Origin: Nostoc punctiforme PCC 73102
GTDB lineage: Bacteria; Cyanobacteriota; Cyanobacteriia; Cyanobacteriales; Nostocaceae
DNA: 32,000 bases
Direction of reading: 5' to 3'
NCBI RefSeq assembly: GCF_000020025.1
Contig: NC_010628.1
Location: forward strand, 5,040,001-5,072,000
In this document: piece by piece, positions 8,199-18,029 of the stretch
Layout of the letters: every line of letters begins with the position of its first letter
Numbering within the stretch: the stretch's first letter is position 1
The notes under the pieces: generated by a model
The model's database searches: none
Told to the model about the DNA's origin: nothing
What the model saw: only the letters and a program-made list of their open reading frames with translations
Made by a program: the position numbers and the translations under genes

Positions 8199-8702
8199 CT
8201 AGATTTCCTCCACATCAATCAAACTTTGGTGAGGCGAGAAATGAAAAGGAGGTTGTAAGGAAACATAACGATTAATGTACCAGTGGCAAAGGTCTTTAAA
8301 AGACTCAAAAGTATAAATTTCTTCGTTTCCATGAGGCAAGATAAATAGGCGATTTCGATTAGAGGAATGAAACAAAATATCATCTCCACTGTAGCTATCA
8401 AAACAGGGAATACATTCAACAGCAAGTGTTTGTGTTAAAGACTCAGAGTTATCTTGCCAAAACCAGTACATAGCTAGTCTTTCACGGACTTCACTTAGCA
8501 AATTCTCTAAAATGTCGTGTGGAGAAAACACCCGCAGAGGTAAATCTAGAAATGTGCCAGACCCAAAAGTTGTAATAAATGTACGATAGTCTTCTGGAAA
8601 TAAAACTTGTAATTTTTCCTCAACTAGTAAAAGTTCTTGTGTAGAAACAGGGTATAGTGGCTCCTGAGCGACAATGAATGAAATTCCCTGAAATTCAAGC
8701 AT
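8199..8702 (-). CDS. SMI1/KNR4 (SUKH-1) family immunity-type protein
   Basis: The LFPEDYRTFITTFGSG motif and overall length are typical of SUKH-1 proteins. The ATG at 8702 (MLEFQG...) is preferred, because the track start at 8765 is a TTG. Confidence 0.65.
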   Translation of the reverse strand: MLEFQGISFIVAQEPLYPVSTQELLLVEEKLQVLFPEDYRTFITTFGSGTFLDLPLRVFSPHDILENLLSEVRERLAMYWFWQDNSESLTQTLAVECIPCFDSYSGDDILFHSSNRNRLFILPHGNEEIYTFESFKDLCHWYINRYVSLQPPFHFSPHQSLIDVEEI

Positions 8703-8842
8703 AGAATTGTTGTTTAAAAATTGGTCGTACTGAAAATATACATTAACACTAAGCTTTGAACTCAAAATATTTCAGATAAGTTGATAGTATTGGTGGAATT
8801 TGTCGAGAATTACAAATAATTCTGCCGTTGTTGGAGTAAATT

Positions 8843-9973
8843 ATGAATGCTGCTTGTTTAACTATTAAAGAACTTACCGATGCAGTAGGCGGCGGTTTAA
8901 CTCCGCGGATGGTGCGCCATTATCATCAATTGGGACTTTTACCGCAACCAGTGCGATCGCACAGCAATTACCGTCTCTATACCAAAACAGATGTTCTCAG
9001 GCTGCAACGGATTGTAGCACTGAAGCAGCAGGGGTTTCAGCTAAACCATATCCGCAATATTTTGGACGTGGAACCAGAAGCTGACACAACTGTTAACCTC
9101 ATGGGACAACTTCAGCAGCAATATCGCGCGGTGATGCAACAAATCTCTCAACTGCGGCAAACTGCATCAGCATTAGAAGGATTATTGGGGCGCGATCGCC
9201 ATTGTCAAATTATCCAGGCGGAAGTTTTGGCACAACTCAAGTTACTTGATGTCGAAACCCAAGCCGGATTGGGGGGATTGGAAAATCTCTGGAGTGGCTT
9301 GGATGCCGAAATTCATAGCCACTCAGAAGCTTTTTCCGAATCGCTACAACGCTTACTACCAGATTTATCTCACCGTTCGGAAATTGAACAACACTTAATT
9401 TCTCAGTTGGTTTTGGCTTGTGGCGATGTCAGTTTAATATCCTTTGTGAAATTGAGCCGAGATGCGATCGCAGCTAGCCGAGAAGCCTTATCTTCAAGCT
9501 GTCAAATCGTTGTTGATACCCAAACCGTTGCGGCTGCTTTAGATCAAACCCGATTACTTCACTTGGGATGCCGCACTGAAACCTTAATTGATAATCCCCA
9601 CATTACCACCGCCACAGAAGCAGAAGCAGCTTTTTGGCAACATCGAGAATGGCGATCAAAATTGCTGCAAGTAAATCACGGTTGCGTGCTGGTAGTTGGT
9701 TATGCTCCCTCAGTCCTTGTAGAAGTTTGTGAAGCGATTAGCAATCAAAAAATTCAGCCAGCGTTAGTAATTGGAATGCCCATTGGCTTTAGTCATGCTC
9801 CCGCAGCCAAGCGACAACTGATGCAACAAGGGATACCTTTTATTACAGTTGCAGGAACTTTGGGAGGTGGCGCTTTAGCTGCTACTGCCCTAAATGCTTT
9901 GGTGGAGTCCCTGATTGATAAGCCAGATTGTCATTGTTATCTCAAAAATATAGTAGATTCCTCTGAGTGCTGA
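8843..9973 (+). CDS. coaR: CoaR-like MerR-family metal-responsive regulator with C-terminal precorrin-isomerase (CbiC/CobH)-like domain
   Basis: The N-terminal MerR HTH reads LTIKELTDAVGGGLTPRMVRHYHQLGLLPQPVRSHSNYRLYTKTDVLRLQRI. The C-terminal half resembles CbiC (VVGYAPSVL...ALVIGMPIGFSHAPAAKRQL...IPFITVAGTLGGGALAATALNALVE). A Cys-His-Cys lies near the C-terminus (KPDCHCY), as described for Synechocystis CoaR. Confidence 0.8.
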   Translation: MNAACLTIKELTDAVGGGLTPRMVRHYHQLGLLPQPVRSHSNYRLYTKTDVLRLQRIVALKQQGFQLNHIRNILDVEPEADTTVNLMGQLQQQYRAVMQQISQLRQTASALEGLLGRDRHCQIIQAEVLAQLKLLDVETQAGLGGLENLWSGLDAEIHSHSEAFSESLQRLLPDLSHRSEIEQHLISQLVLACGDVSLISFVKLSRDAIAASREALSSSCQIVVDTQTVAAALDQTRLLHLGCRTETLIDNPHITTATEAEAAFWQHREWRSKLLQVNHGCVLVVGYAPSVLVEVCEAISNQKIQPALVIGMPIGFSHAPAAKRQLMQQGIPFITVAGTLGGGALAATALNALVESLIDKPDCHCYLKNIVDSSEC

Positions 9974-10352
9974 ACAATAAGTACTCAATTAACACAAGAA
10001 GATACTCAGTACTCAGGATTACTGAAAATAATATTGTTAAATAATATTGAATTTGCTACACTTTACCAGTTTTAGTAATTCAATAATTCATAATTGTGGC
10101 CATAAGCTACCAACTTGGTATAAGTTGCAATATAAATTAGAACATTTTATAGTAAACAGACTCTAGTAGTTAGAGTATAAATTATCATGCTATACAATCT
10201 CAGTTCAAGTATAAATCAATATAAGTGCGCTGAAGGAACTTAGAACTAAAGAGAACTCAGATGTATAATTAGCGCGTCTCCTCCATAATCTTTAACAAGA
10301 TTGTGGGTTAAGACTGGTAGGCTTTCTATTTTTTACTTTAATTAAGGGGCTT

Positions 10353-13300
10353 ATGTGGCAACAAGAAAAAAAAGATACTTCGATAATCAGGCTGATACTA
10401 TGGGTTGCTTTAGCTACAACTCCTATGGCAGCAGGTTTGCTGGTATCAGAACCGATACTGGCGCAATCTAAACCTACGTCTCCTTCTTTTACACTGCCGC
10501 AAACAGTGCAGAATGGAACGACAATTCGGATTGATGGTTCAAATAGTTTGGGTACAATCAACCAAAGCCTGAAAGAGAATTTTGAAAAACAGTTTTCGGG
10601 TACTAAGGTTGAAGTCGCCGCTAATGGCACTGATACAGCACTGAAAGATTTGCTAGATGGCAAAATCGACATCGTAGCAATGGGGCGTGGGTTGACACCA
10701 GCAGAAAAAGCTCAAGGACTAGAGCAAGTCCGCTTGCGCCGTGAGAAGATTGCGATCGTGGTCAGCGCAGATAATCCTTTCAAAGGAAGCTTGACTAGTA
10801 GGCAATTTGCCCGGATTTTCCGGGGACAAATTACAAATTGGTCACAACTAGGAGCGCCATCAGGGAAAATTCGGTTAATTGACCACCCGAACACAAGTGA
10901 GACTCGCAATACTTTTCGCACTTATCCAGCCTTCAAGACTGCTGAATTTGCTACAGGGTCTAGTGCTACCCAACTAACTGAGGATAATACCGCAGAAATC
11001 ATCAAGCAACTGGGCAAAGATGGCATCAGCTATGTGTTAGCTAATCAGGTGTCGAAGCTGCAAAATGTGCGAGTTCTGCAATTACATCAAGCCTTGCCAG
11101 ATGATGCAAAATATCCCTTCTCGCAACCTTTAGTTTACGTTTACAAAAAAAATCCCAGCTTAAGCGTAGTAGATTTTCTTGGCTTTACCCTGGCACCCGC
11201 AGGACAGCAGGCTATAGAACAAGCAAGAACGGCTGAAGCAACTGCGATCGCAACCAACGTATCACAACCTATTGTCACGCCTTCCCCTAGTCCCCAGACA
11301 ACACCTGCTGCTACAGCTTCCCCTAGTGCTACTGCTTCTGCATTTGGCGAACAGCCTTTTGTCGCTCCTGCCAATACACAAAAAAGTCCAATTGTCAACA
11401 AAGAAGTACCGTTTTGGGTACTGCTACCTTTGTTTCTTGTTAGTGTAATTGCAGCGTTGGCCTGGTGGACTCTCGGAAAAAACCCATCATCTGATGAGAA
11501 AACAGACAACTTACCAGAATCCAATCCTCATCCACCCGATCCAGAAGATGGAGAAACAGCAGTACTTAATGCCAGCACAGCTGCCTCCATTAACGGAGCG
11601 ATGCTTGAAGAACAGCCAGTTTCACAATTCCAAGAGCAAGAAACCCGCGATCGCACTCCTTTCAATATCTATGCTCAAACACAATCTGACCTGGCTGAAA
11701 ATGGTACTCACGGGACATCCAATTTAGTACAAGAGGCAAGTAATGGAACTTCTAACCTCTATGAAGGTACAACCTCCACTCTAACTAATGGATCGGGAGC
11801 CGCAGCTTTAACTGGTGGTGCGGCTTTAGCAACGGGCATCGGAGCGGCTACCTGGTCTGCCTTTAACAACAAAGAAACAGAAACAAACGCAATTGATGAG
11901 ACGGTCGAGTTAAATAATTATACTGAGACAAATACACCCGATTCTGATGAGGTTGCATGGGATATAGAAGCCCCAGCCGCTGTAGTAAACACCCCATATC
12001 CTCACTTGGGAAATCTTTCCGAAGAAATATCTTCTGATGTAGAACTGCCTTCATCTGAGTTAACAGCCCCACTGCCAAAATTACCAGATGTGCCAGAAGT
12101 AACATCTGATTTGGGATATTGGGACACAGAAATTTCTGAAGATGAGATAGATGAGGAACTTCAAGCAGAATTAAACTGGCTACAGAGTATTACCTCAACT
12201 GAAGATACAGCAGATGCAGCTTCAGCAGATGAATTGCCCTTACCAGACTCTGACGAAGTAGAACCTTCACCGTCACCAACATCTTCACTACTCAATTTGC
12301 CAGAATTACCAGATGTAGATGTATTCAATGTGGTAGCGGATGCAGCCGAACCTCCTATTGAGGTGGTAAACGAAGAATCTCAAACAGAGCCAACTGTTGG
12401 GGAAGGTGCTGCTGAGAATGACTCCATAGATTTTGCAGGCGTTGCGGCTTTAGCAGCAGGTGCAGGGATTGGAGCCTGGGCGATTAATCTGGGATCGGAT
12501 ACTCAAGGAGAAACTGATACTGCGATTGACAATGTGCCAATTGCAGCCGAAACAGATATCCATTTGGCAGATGCAGAAGATGAGAGCAGTATTTTGCTCA
12601 CACCGCATACTTCGACATCAGCTCATGTCTCTTGGGAAATTTCTGAAACCAAGAAAGCAGAACTGTGGCAACAAGGCGGCTCTCAATTGGTAGTGCGACT
12701 GTATGATGTGACTGGCATAGACTTGAGTTATCAAACTCCCCAGCTTGTCCAGCAGTATGAATGTACAGAGACAGCACACGATCGCTTGGTAGAGATTCCC
12801 GCCAACGATCGCGACTACATAGCTGAAATTGGTTATATCGCTTATGGCGAGTACTGGTTATTCATAGCCCGTTCCGCAATTCTTCGTGTCTTCAGTCCTG
12901 TGAATCCAGATCCCATAGTTGATCGTGTGGCGAACACAGCCGAAACAAGTATTGGTTTGGTAGATGCAGATGAAGAAAGCAGTATTGTCCTTACACCACA
13001 TACTTCGACATCGGCTCATGTCTCTTGGGAAGTTTCCGAAACCAAGAAAGCAGCACTGCGTCAACAGGGCGGCTCTCAATTTCAATTTATAGTGCGGCTG
13101 TATGATGTGACTGGGATTGACTTGAGCTATCAAAGTCCTCAGCTTGTCAAGCAGTATGAATCTGAAGAGACAGTAAACGACGGACTAGCGGATGTTCCCG
13201 CCAGCGATCGCGATTATATAGCTGAAATTGGTTATCTCGCTGATGGCGAACGCTGGTTATTCATCGCCCGTTCAGCAGTTGTTCATTTCTCCAGTTCTGT

Positions 13301-14336
13301 ACATCCAGATCCCGTCGTTGATGATGTGGCGATTGCGGATGAACCAGATATTCACTTGGTAGATGTTGAAGAAGAGAGTAGTCTTGTCCTTACACCTCGC
13401 ACTTCCCAATGGGCTGATGTTTCTTGGGAGATATCCGAAGCCAAGAAAGCAGAACTGCAACAACAGGGCGGCTCTAAATTGGTAGTGCGGTTATATGATG
13501 CAACTGGGATTGACTTGAGTTATCAACATCCTCAGTTTGTCCAACAATATGAATGTGAAGAGACTGCAAACGATCGCTTTGTAGAAATTCCCATCAGCGA
13601 TCGCGATTACATAGCTGAAATTGGCTATGTCGCTGATGGCGATTGCTGGTTATTTATTGCCCGTTCTGCGATCGCTCGTGTTTTCAGTCCTGTTCCTACA
13701 GATTCCACCGTTGAAAATGGAGCCTTACCAAGCGAAACAGCTATTAACTTGGTAGACGTAGAAGAAAAGAGCAGTGAAGAAGAAAGCAACATACTGCTCA
13801 CACCCCGCACTCCCAAATGGGCTTATGTCTCTTGGCACATTTCCCAGACTCAGAACAAAGCGCTGCTACAACAGGGCGGTTCTCAATTGGTAGTGCGCCT
13901 TTACGATGTAACTGGGATTGACTTGAGTTATCAAAGTCCCCAGCTTGTACAGCAGTATGAATGCGAAGAAGTAGCCCGCGATCGCTTTGTGGCGATTCCC
14001 GTAAGCGATCGCGACTATATGGTTGAAATTGGTTACATAGCAGAAGGCGATCGTTGGTTACTCATCGCCCGTTCACCTAATGTTCGCGTTTTCAGCCGTT
14101 CCCACGAAGATTTTTGGTTTGTAGCAGATGCTGAGTTAATTATTCACGGAGCAACCCAACCAAATACAAGCGTAAACATTGCTGGACATCCTATCAAAAT
14201 CAAACCCGATGGTACTTTCCACCTGCGTCTTCCCTTTTCAGATGGTTTAATGGACTATCTCATAACAGTAGCTGCTGATGGAGAATCCACCAAAACCATC
14301 CATAAAAAGTTCTCTCAGGAAACTTCAGAGAACTAG
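10353..14336 (+). CDS. Large multidomain protein: signal peptide + PstS-like (PBP type 2) phosphate-binding domain + TM helix + long acidic region + 4 tandem DUF4912-like modules
   Basis: The N-terminus is MWQQEKKDTSIIRLILWVALATTPMAAGLLVSEPILAQS. PstS-family motifs are present (IRIDGSNSLGTINQSL, DIVAMGRGLTPAEK, GQITNWSQLG). A P/T/S/A linker leads to the TM segment VPFWVLLPLFLVSVIAALAWWTLG. Four modules of about 131-133 aa follow, each with the pattern LLTPxTxxxAxVSWEISE...VVRLYDVTGIDLSYQ...DRDYIAEIGY...WLFIARS. Confidence 0.85.
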   Translation: MWQQEKKDTSIIRLILWVALATTPMAAGLLVSEPILAQSKPTSPSFTLPQTVQNGTTIRIDGSNSLGTINQSLKENFEKQFSGTKVEVAANGTDTALKDLLDGKIDIVAMGRGLTPAEKAQGLEQVRLRREKIAIVVSADNPFKGSLTSRQFARIFRGQITNWSQLGAPSGKIRLIDHPNTSETRNTFRTYPAFKTAEFATGSSATQLTEDNTAEIIKQLGKDGISYVLANQVSKLQNVRVLQLHQALPDDAKYPFSQPLVYVYKKNPSLSVVDFLGFTLAPAGQQAIEQARTAEATAIATNVSQPIVTPSPSPQTTPAATASPSATASAFGEQPFVAPANTQKSPIVNKEVPFWVLLPLFLVSVIAALAWWTLGKNPSSDEKTDNLPESNPHPPDPEDGETAVLNASTAASINGAMLEEQPVSQFQEQETRDRTPFNIYAQTQSDLAENGTHGTSNLVQEASNGTSNLYEGTTSTLTNGSGAAALTGGAALATGIGAATWSAFNNKETETNAIDETVELNNYTETNTPDSDEVAWDIEAPAAVVNTPYPHLGNLSEEISSDVELPSSELTAPLPKLPDVPEVTSDLGYWDTEISEDEIDEELQAELNWLQSITSTEDTADAASADELPLPDSDEVEPSPSPTSSLLNLPELPDVDVFNVVADAAEPPIEVVNEESQTEPTVGEGAAENDSIDFAGVAALAAGAGIGAWAINLGSDTQGETDTAIDNVPIAAETDIHLADAEDESSILLTPHTSTSAHVSWEISETKKAELWQQGGSQLVVRLYDVTGIDLSYQTPQLVQQYECTETAHDRLVEIPANDRDYIAEIGYIAYGEYWLFIARSAILRVFSPVNPDPIVDRVANTAETSIGLVDADEESSIVLTPHTSTSAHVSWEVSETKKAALRQQGGSQFQFIVRLYDVTGIDLSYQSPQLVKQYESEETVNDGLADVPASDRDYIAEIGYLADGERWLFIARSAVVHFSSSVHPDPVVDDVAIADEPDIHLVDVEEESSLVLTPRTSQWADVSWEISEAKKAELQQQGGSKLVVRLYDATGIDLSYQHPQFVQQYECEETANDRFVEIPISDRDYIAEIGYVADGDCWLFIARSAIARVFSPVPTDSTVENGALPSETAINLVDVEEKSSEEESNILLTPRTPKWAYVSWHISQTQNKALLQQGGSQLVVRLYDVTGIDLSYQSPQLVQQYECEEVARDRFVAIPVSDRDYMVEIGYIAEGDRWLLIARSPNVRVFSRSHEDFWFVADAELIIHGATQPNTSVNIAGHPIKIKPDGTFHLRLPFSDGLMDYLITVAADGESTKTIHKKFSQETSEN
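12528..14105 (+). repeat. Four in-frame tandem repeats, period 393-399 bp, inside the 1327-aa CDS
   Basis: Unit starts are about 12528, 12921, 13320 and 13713. Long runs are nucleotide-identical between units, for example CATACTTCGACATC[A/G]GCTCATGTCTCTTGGGAA in units 1 and 2, and GA(T/C)CGCGA(C/T)TA(C/T)AT(A/G)G(C/T)TGAAATTGG(T/C)TA in all four units. Confidence 0.9.
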
Positions 14337-14351
14337 TAATTATTCTTAGTT

Positions 14352-14413
14352 ATCCCCTTTCAACCTACAGCTCTTCCCTTTGAAGTAAATGTAGTGAGAG
14401 GGGATTTTATTTC
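14352..14413 (+). terminator. Possible terminator hairpin after the 1327-aa CDS
   Basis: The hairpin is ATCCCCT...CTACA...TGTAG...AGGGGAT (14352-14405) followed by TTTTATTT. It is imperfect with a large interior. Confidence 0.4.
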
Positions 14414-14448
14414 TAGGACTTGCATTAACAATCAAAATAACGATTCAT

Positions 14449-15027
14449 TTACGCAAAAATTGGCTGTAAATTTAAAATAAAACCAAGAAGAACATCTTCG
14501 CCAGATAAACTTGTAGGACATTGTAAAGCTTCTGTTGCAAGATTTGGGCGATAAATGATTACTTGTTTATCTTTCGGATTAATTAACCAACCAAGTTGTA
14601 AACCATTTGCTAAGTATTCCTGCATCTTGGCTTGAGTCTCCTCGACATCATCAGTTTCAGAAACCAATTCGATTGCAAAGTCTGGGCACAAAGGGAGATA
14701 TTTTTTTCTTTGTTGTGGTGTGAGAGCATCCCAGCGTTCCATCTTTATCCAAGAAGCATCAGGAGAACGAGTTGCACCATTGGAAAGTTTAAAACCAGTA
14801 GAAGAATCAAAAGCCTTTCCTAAATTATTTTGACTGTTCCAAAACCATAGTTGACCTAACAAATCAAAATTACGGTTTCCTGTTTCTCCTCCAGTGGGTG
14901 ACATGATTACCAATTCTCCTTCAGCAGTTAATTCTAAACGCAACTCTTTATTTACAGCAACAATCTGTTCAAATTCCTCATCCGTAAATTTGAGATTAGG
15001 AGGTAATTGTAAAGTTAAAGCAGTCAT
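14449..15027 (-). CDS. Uma2-family (DUF820) putative restriction-endonuclease-like protein
   Basis: The typical Uma2 pattern is present: TDEEFEQIVAVNKELRLELTAEGELVIMSPTGGETG, then PDASWI, then PDFAIELVSETD (PD-(D/E)xK-like core). The ATG at 15027 (MTALTLQLPP) is preferred over the longer track start. Confidence 0.8.
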   Translation of the reverse strand: MTALTLQLPPNLKFTDEEFEQIVAVNKELRLELTAEGELVIMSPTGGETGNRNFDLLGQLWFWNSQNNLGKAFDSSTGFKLSNGATRSPDASWIKMERWDALTPQQRKKYLPLCPDFAIELVSETDDVEETQAKMQEYLANGLQLGWLINPKDKQVIIYRPNLATEALQCPTSLSGEDVLLGFILNLQPIFA

Positions 15028-15541
15028 AATTAATTCCGCTCCACGAAATCTTAGTTGCGTTACACCCATGCGCTGCTAATAGCTAAAACTAAACCTCTAC
15101 TTTAGAATTTCCTCTAATAAGAAGTAGTCTTACAGAAAGTGTCACTAGGGGCAAAGTAATGAATAAAGTATCGAATTTGATTGAGGAGTTGGAACTTTAT
15201 CCACTTTGATTCTGGTTTAGTGGGTAAAAAGAATTGAACAGCGCATCAAAATCTCTCTTTAGTTGCGACTCCAATTAAAATCGGAACTTTTTAGAATGAT
15301 AAGCTTAGGCATCGCTAGCCCAAATCCTCAACAAAGCTACTGAGAAATTTTAGTCTTATTTTAGACTAATTACTACGTATACAAGCTTTGAGTACAGGAG
15401 TCACTGAAAACTCATTTCTTTAGTTTATCTAAAGTCGCATCTAAGTTCTCAAATTACCTTTCTAAGATAGAAGCAGCAACCATAAGTTGCCATACACGAC
15501 TAAAACCCAATTAACAGCTAGTGGCTGCGGAGAACATAAAA

Positions 15542-16591
15542 ATGGCTAAAACGCCAGAATCCTTAGAATCGTCTATCAATGAAATTACAGATAGAGCTTT
15601 AGATCGTGATTGTACAACCTTATCGCGTCACGTTCTCCAGCAACTTCAGAGTTTTTCGCCAGATGCACAAGATTTGAGTGCGCTGATGAATCGCATCGCC
15701 TTAGCAGGTAAACTAGTTGCACGCCGTATGAGTCGCGCTGGTTTAATGGAAGGCGTTCTCGGTTTTACCGGGGAAGTTAATGTCCAAGGAGAATCCGTCA
15801 AAAAGATGGATGTCTACGCCAATGATGTGTTTATCTCAGTGTTTAAGCAAAGCGGCTTAGTCTGTCGCCTCGCCTCTGAGGAAATGGAAAATCCCTACTA
15901 TATCCCCGAAAATTGCCCCATTGGTCGCTATACCCTGTTGTATGACCCAATTGATGGCTCATCCAACACAGATAATAATCTCAGCTTGGGTTCTATTTTC
16001 GCCATTCGCCAACAAGAAGGAACTGATAGCGATGGTAAGGCAACCGATCTCCTCGCCAACGGACGGAAGCAACTTGCTGCCGGATACATCCTGTATGGGC
16101 CATGCACAATGCTGGTTTATACTATAGGTAAAGGCGTTCATTCCTTTGTCCTCGATCCCAGCTTAGGAGAATTTATTCTCACAGAAGAGAATATTCGGAT
16201 TCCTAACCACGGTTCCGTTTACAGCGTGAATGAGGGTAACTTCTGGCAGTGGGAAGAATCGATTCGAGAATATATCCGCTACGTTCATCGCACAGAAGGC
16301 TACAGCGCTCGTTATAGCGGTGCAATGGTGAGCGACATCCATAGAATTTTGGTTCAAGGCGGTGTGTTCCTCTACCCAGGTACAATTCAAAACCCAGAAG
16401 GGAAATTGCGCTTGCTTTATGAAACTGCTCCTCTCGCCTTTTTGATTGAGCAAGCAGGCGGCCGTGCTACGACAGGATTGGTAAACATCTTGGATGTAGT
16501 GCCAAAAAAACTACATCAGCGCACACCTTTAATTATTGGCAGTAAAGAAGATGTCGCAAAGGTAGAGTCTTTTATTCAAAACGGACACTAG
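15542..16591 (+). CDS. fbp: Class 1 fructose-1,6-bisphosphatase
   Basis: FBPase class 1 motifs are present ([40 protein letters not shown]). It is the first gene of an fbp-tal-zwf-opcA cluster, as known from Nostoc punctiforme and Anabaena. The ATG at 15542 is preferred over the GTG at 15521. Confidence 0.92.
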   Translation: MAKTPESLESSINEITDRALDRDCTTLSRHVLQQLQSFSPDAQDLSALMNRIALAGKLVARRMSRAGLMEGVLGFTGEVNVQGESVKKMDVYANDVFISVFKQSGLVCRLASEEMENPYYIPENCPIGRYTLLYDPIDGSSNTDNNLSLGSIFAIRQQEGTDSDGKATDLLANGRKQLAAGYILYGPCTMLVYTIGKGVHSFVLDPSLGEFILTEENIRIPNHGSVYSVNEGNFWQWEESIREYIRYVHRTEGYSARYSGAMVSDIHRILVQGGVFLYPGTIQNPEGKLRLLYETAPLAFLIEQAGGRATTGLVNILDVVPKKLHQRTPLIIGSKEDVAKVESFIQNGH

Positions 16592-16883
16592 AAGACAATT
16601 CGTAATTCGTAATTACTGTTACGTAAGGGTTTCAGAGATTTTATAAGGGTGTTTATTTCCGCCGTGCTGTACTCTCATCTGCCATTAATTAAACGTTAAT
16701 CATGGTGATTTAGGATTGGGGATGCAAAATAGCGCTTTTTGAAGATCAGAAGATCAATTAAGGATTATCTCAGCTGGCCGATGCGATAAGTGATTGGCAA
16801 CGCCACAATTCAAAAGTAAGTATCAATGCGTTTTGCTAACTTCACTTAGAAACATCACTATACAGGAGTGAAATAAACTAGCT

Positions 16884-18029
16884 ATGTCTACCAATCATCT
16901 ACTAGAAATTAAGCAATACGGTCAAAGTATCTGGATGGATAATTTGACCCGTGACATTATTCAATCAGGTGAACTCAAAGACATGGTTGAAAATCAAGGT
17001 ATATCTGGGATTACTTCTAACCCAGCTATCTTTGAAAAAGCGATCGCGGGCAATGCCATTTATGATGCTGATATAGAAGCCGGAGTTCGCGCTGGCTTAC
17101 CGATATACAAAATTTACGAATCCCTAGTTTTTGCAGATATCCGTAACGCTTGTGATATTTTACGCCCTGTTTATGAAGCCTCGAATAGACTAGATGGTTA
17201 TGTGAGTATCGAAGTACCGCCAACCATCGCCCATGATACGGAAGCAACAATAAGCGAAGCTCGGCGCTATTTCCAAGAAATTGGTCGGGAAAATCTGATG
17301 ATTAAAATTCCCGGTACAGAACCTGGTTTGCCAGCAGTAGAGCAAGTAATAGCCGAGGGAATGAATGTTAATATTACGTTGCTATTTTCTGTGGAAAGCT
17401 ACGTAAACACAGCTTGGGCTTATGTTCGGGGCTTAGAAAAACGGCTGGCTGAAGGTAAAGACATCAGTAGAATTGCTTCAGTCGCTAGCTTCTTCCTCAG
17501 CCGGATCGATAGCAACATTGATGCCAAAATAGATGCTAAGTTGAAAAAAGGCGTTGATGATATTGCCGTGGAAGCAAAGCTAAAAGCTGTGAAAGGAAAA
17601 GTAGCGATCGCAAACGCCAAGCTAGCTTACCAAGAATACAAGAAAATCATTAGAAGTGAGCGTTGGCAAGAGTTGGTAGCAAAAGGGGCCACAGTTCAAC
17701 GGCTACTTTGGGCTAGTACCAGCACCAAAGACCCCAACTACAACGACGTGATGTATATCGAAGAGTTGGTAGGCCCTGATACCGTTAACACCGTCCCACC
17801 AGCGACCATTAAAGCTTGTGCCGATCATTGTAACGTGAGCGATCGCTTAGAAACAGACGTGAATAATGCTTACACGCTGATCGAAAACCTCAAAGATCCC
17901 GACATCAACATCGATCTCGATACCGTAATGGATGAACTGTTAGTTGAAGGTATTGACAAGTTCATCCAGCCCTTCCAGTCCTTGATGAACTCTTTAGAAG
18001 ACAAGATCAAGGTATTGTCACCAGTGTAG
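16884..18029 (+). CDS. tal: Transaldolase (long cyanobacterial type)
   Basis: The N-terminus is [26 protein letters not shown], followed by [13 protein letters not shown] and MIKIPGT (active-site Lys region). Its position lies between fbp and zwf. Confidence 0.92.
   Translation: MSTNHLLEIKQYGQSIWMDNLTRDIIQSGELKDMVENQGISGITSNPAIFEKAIAGNAIYDADIEAGVRAGLPIYKIYESLVFADIRNACDILRPVYEASNRLDGYVSIEVPPTIAHDTEATISEARRYFQEIGRENLMIKIPGTEPGLPAVEQVIAEGMNVNITLLFSVESYVNTAWAYVRGLEKRLAEGKDISRIASVASFFLSRIDSNIDAKIDAKLKKGVDDIAVEAKLKAVKGKVAIANAKLAYQEYKKIIRSERWQELVAKGATVQRLLWASTSTKDPNYNDVMYIEELVGPDTVNTVPPATIKACADHCNVSDRLETDVNNAYTLIENLKDPDINIDLDTVMDELLVEGIDKFIQPFQSLMNSLEDKIKVLSPV

Noticed and set aside
9974-10352. Search for Pho boxes (tandem PyTTAAPyPy(T/A) repeats at 11-bp phase) upstream of the PstS-domain gene
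   Set aside because: Only isolated TTAA-containing words are present (for example CTTTAACA / GGTTAAGA around 10288-10312, which form a small palindrome). There are no phased tandem repeats, so no Pho-box call is made.
10292-13816. Minus-strand and alternative-frame ORFs within the 1327-aa gene (for example 10292..10672, 11141..11524, 12858..13133, 13272..13463)
   Set aside because: They are antisense or off-frame to a long ORF with clear domain content. The ones in the repeat region simply recur because the DNA is repeated.
15156-15206. 16-codon sORF MNKVSNLIEELELYPL upstream of fbp
   Set aside because: It has no SD, no recognisable family, and a length compatible with chance in AT-rich DNA. 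It is noted only as a possible leader peptide and is not called.
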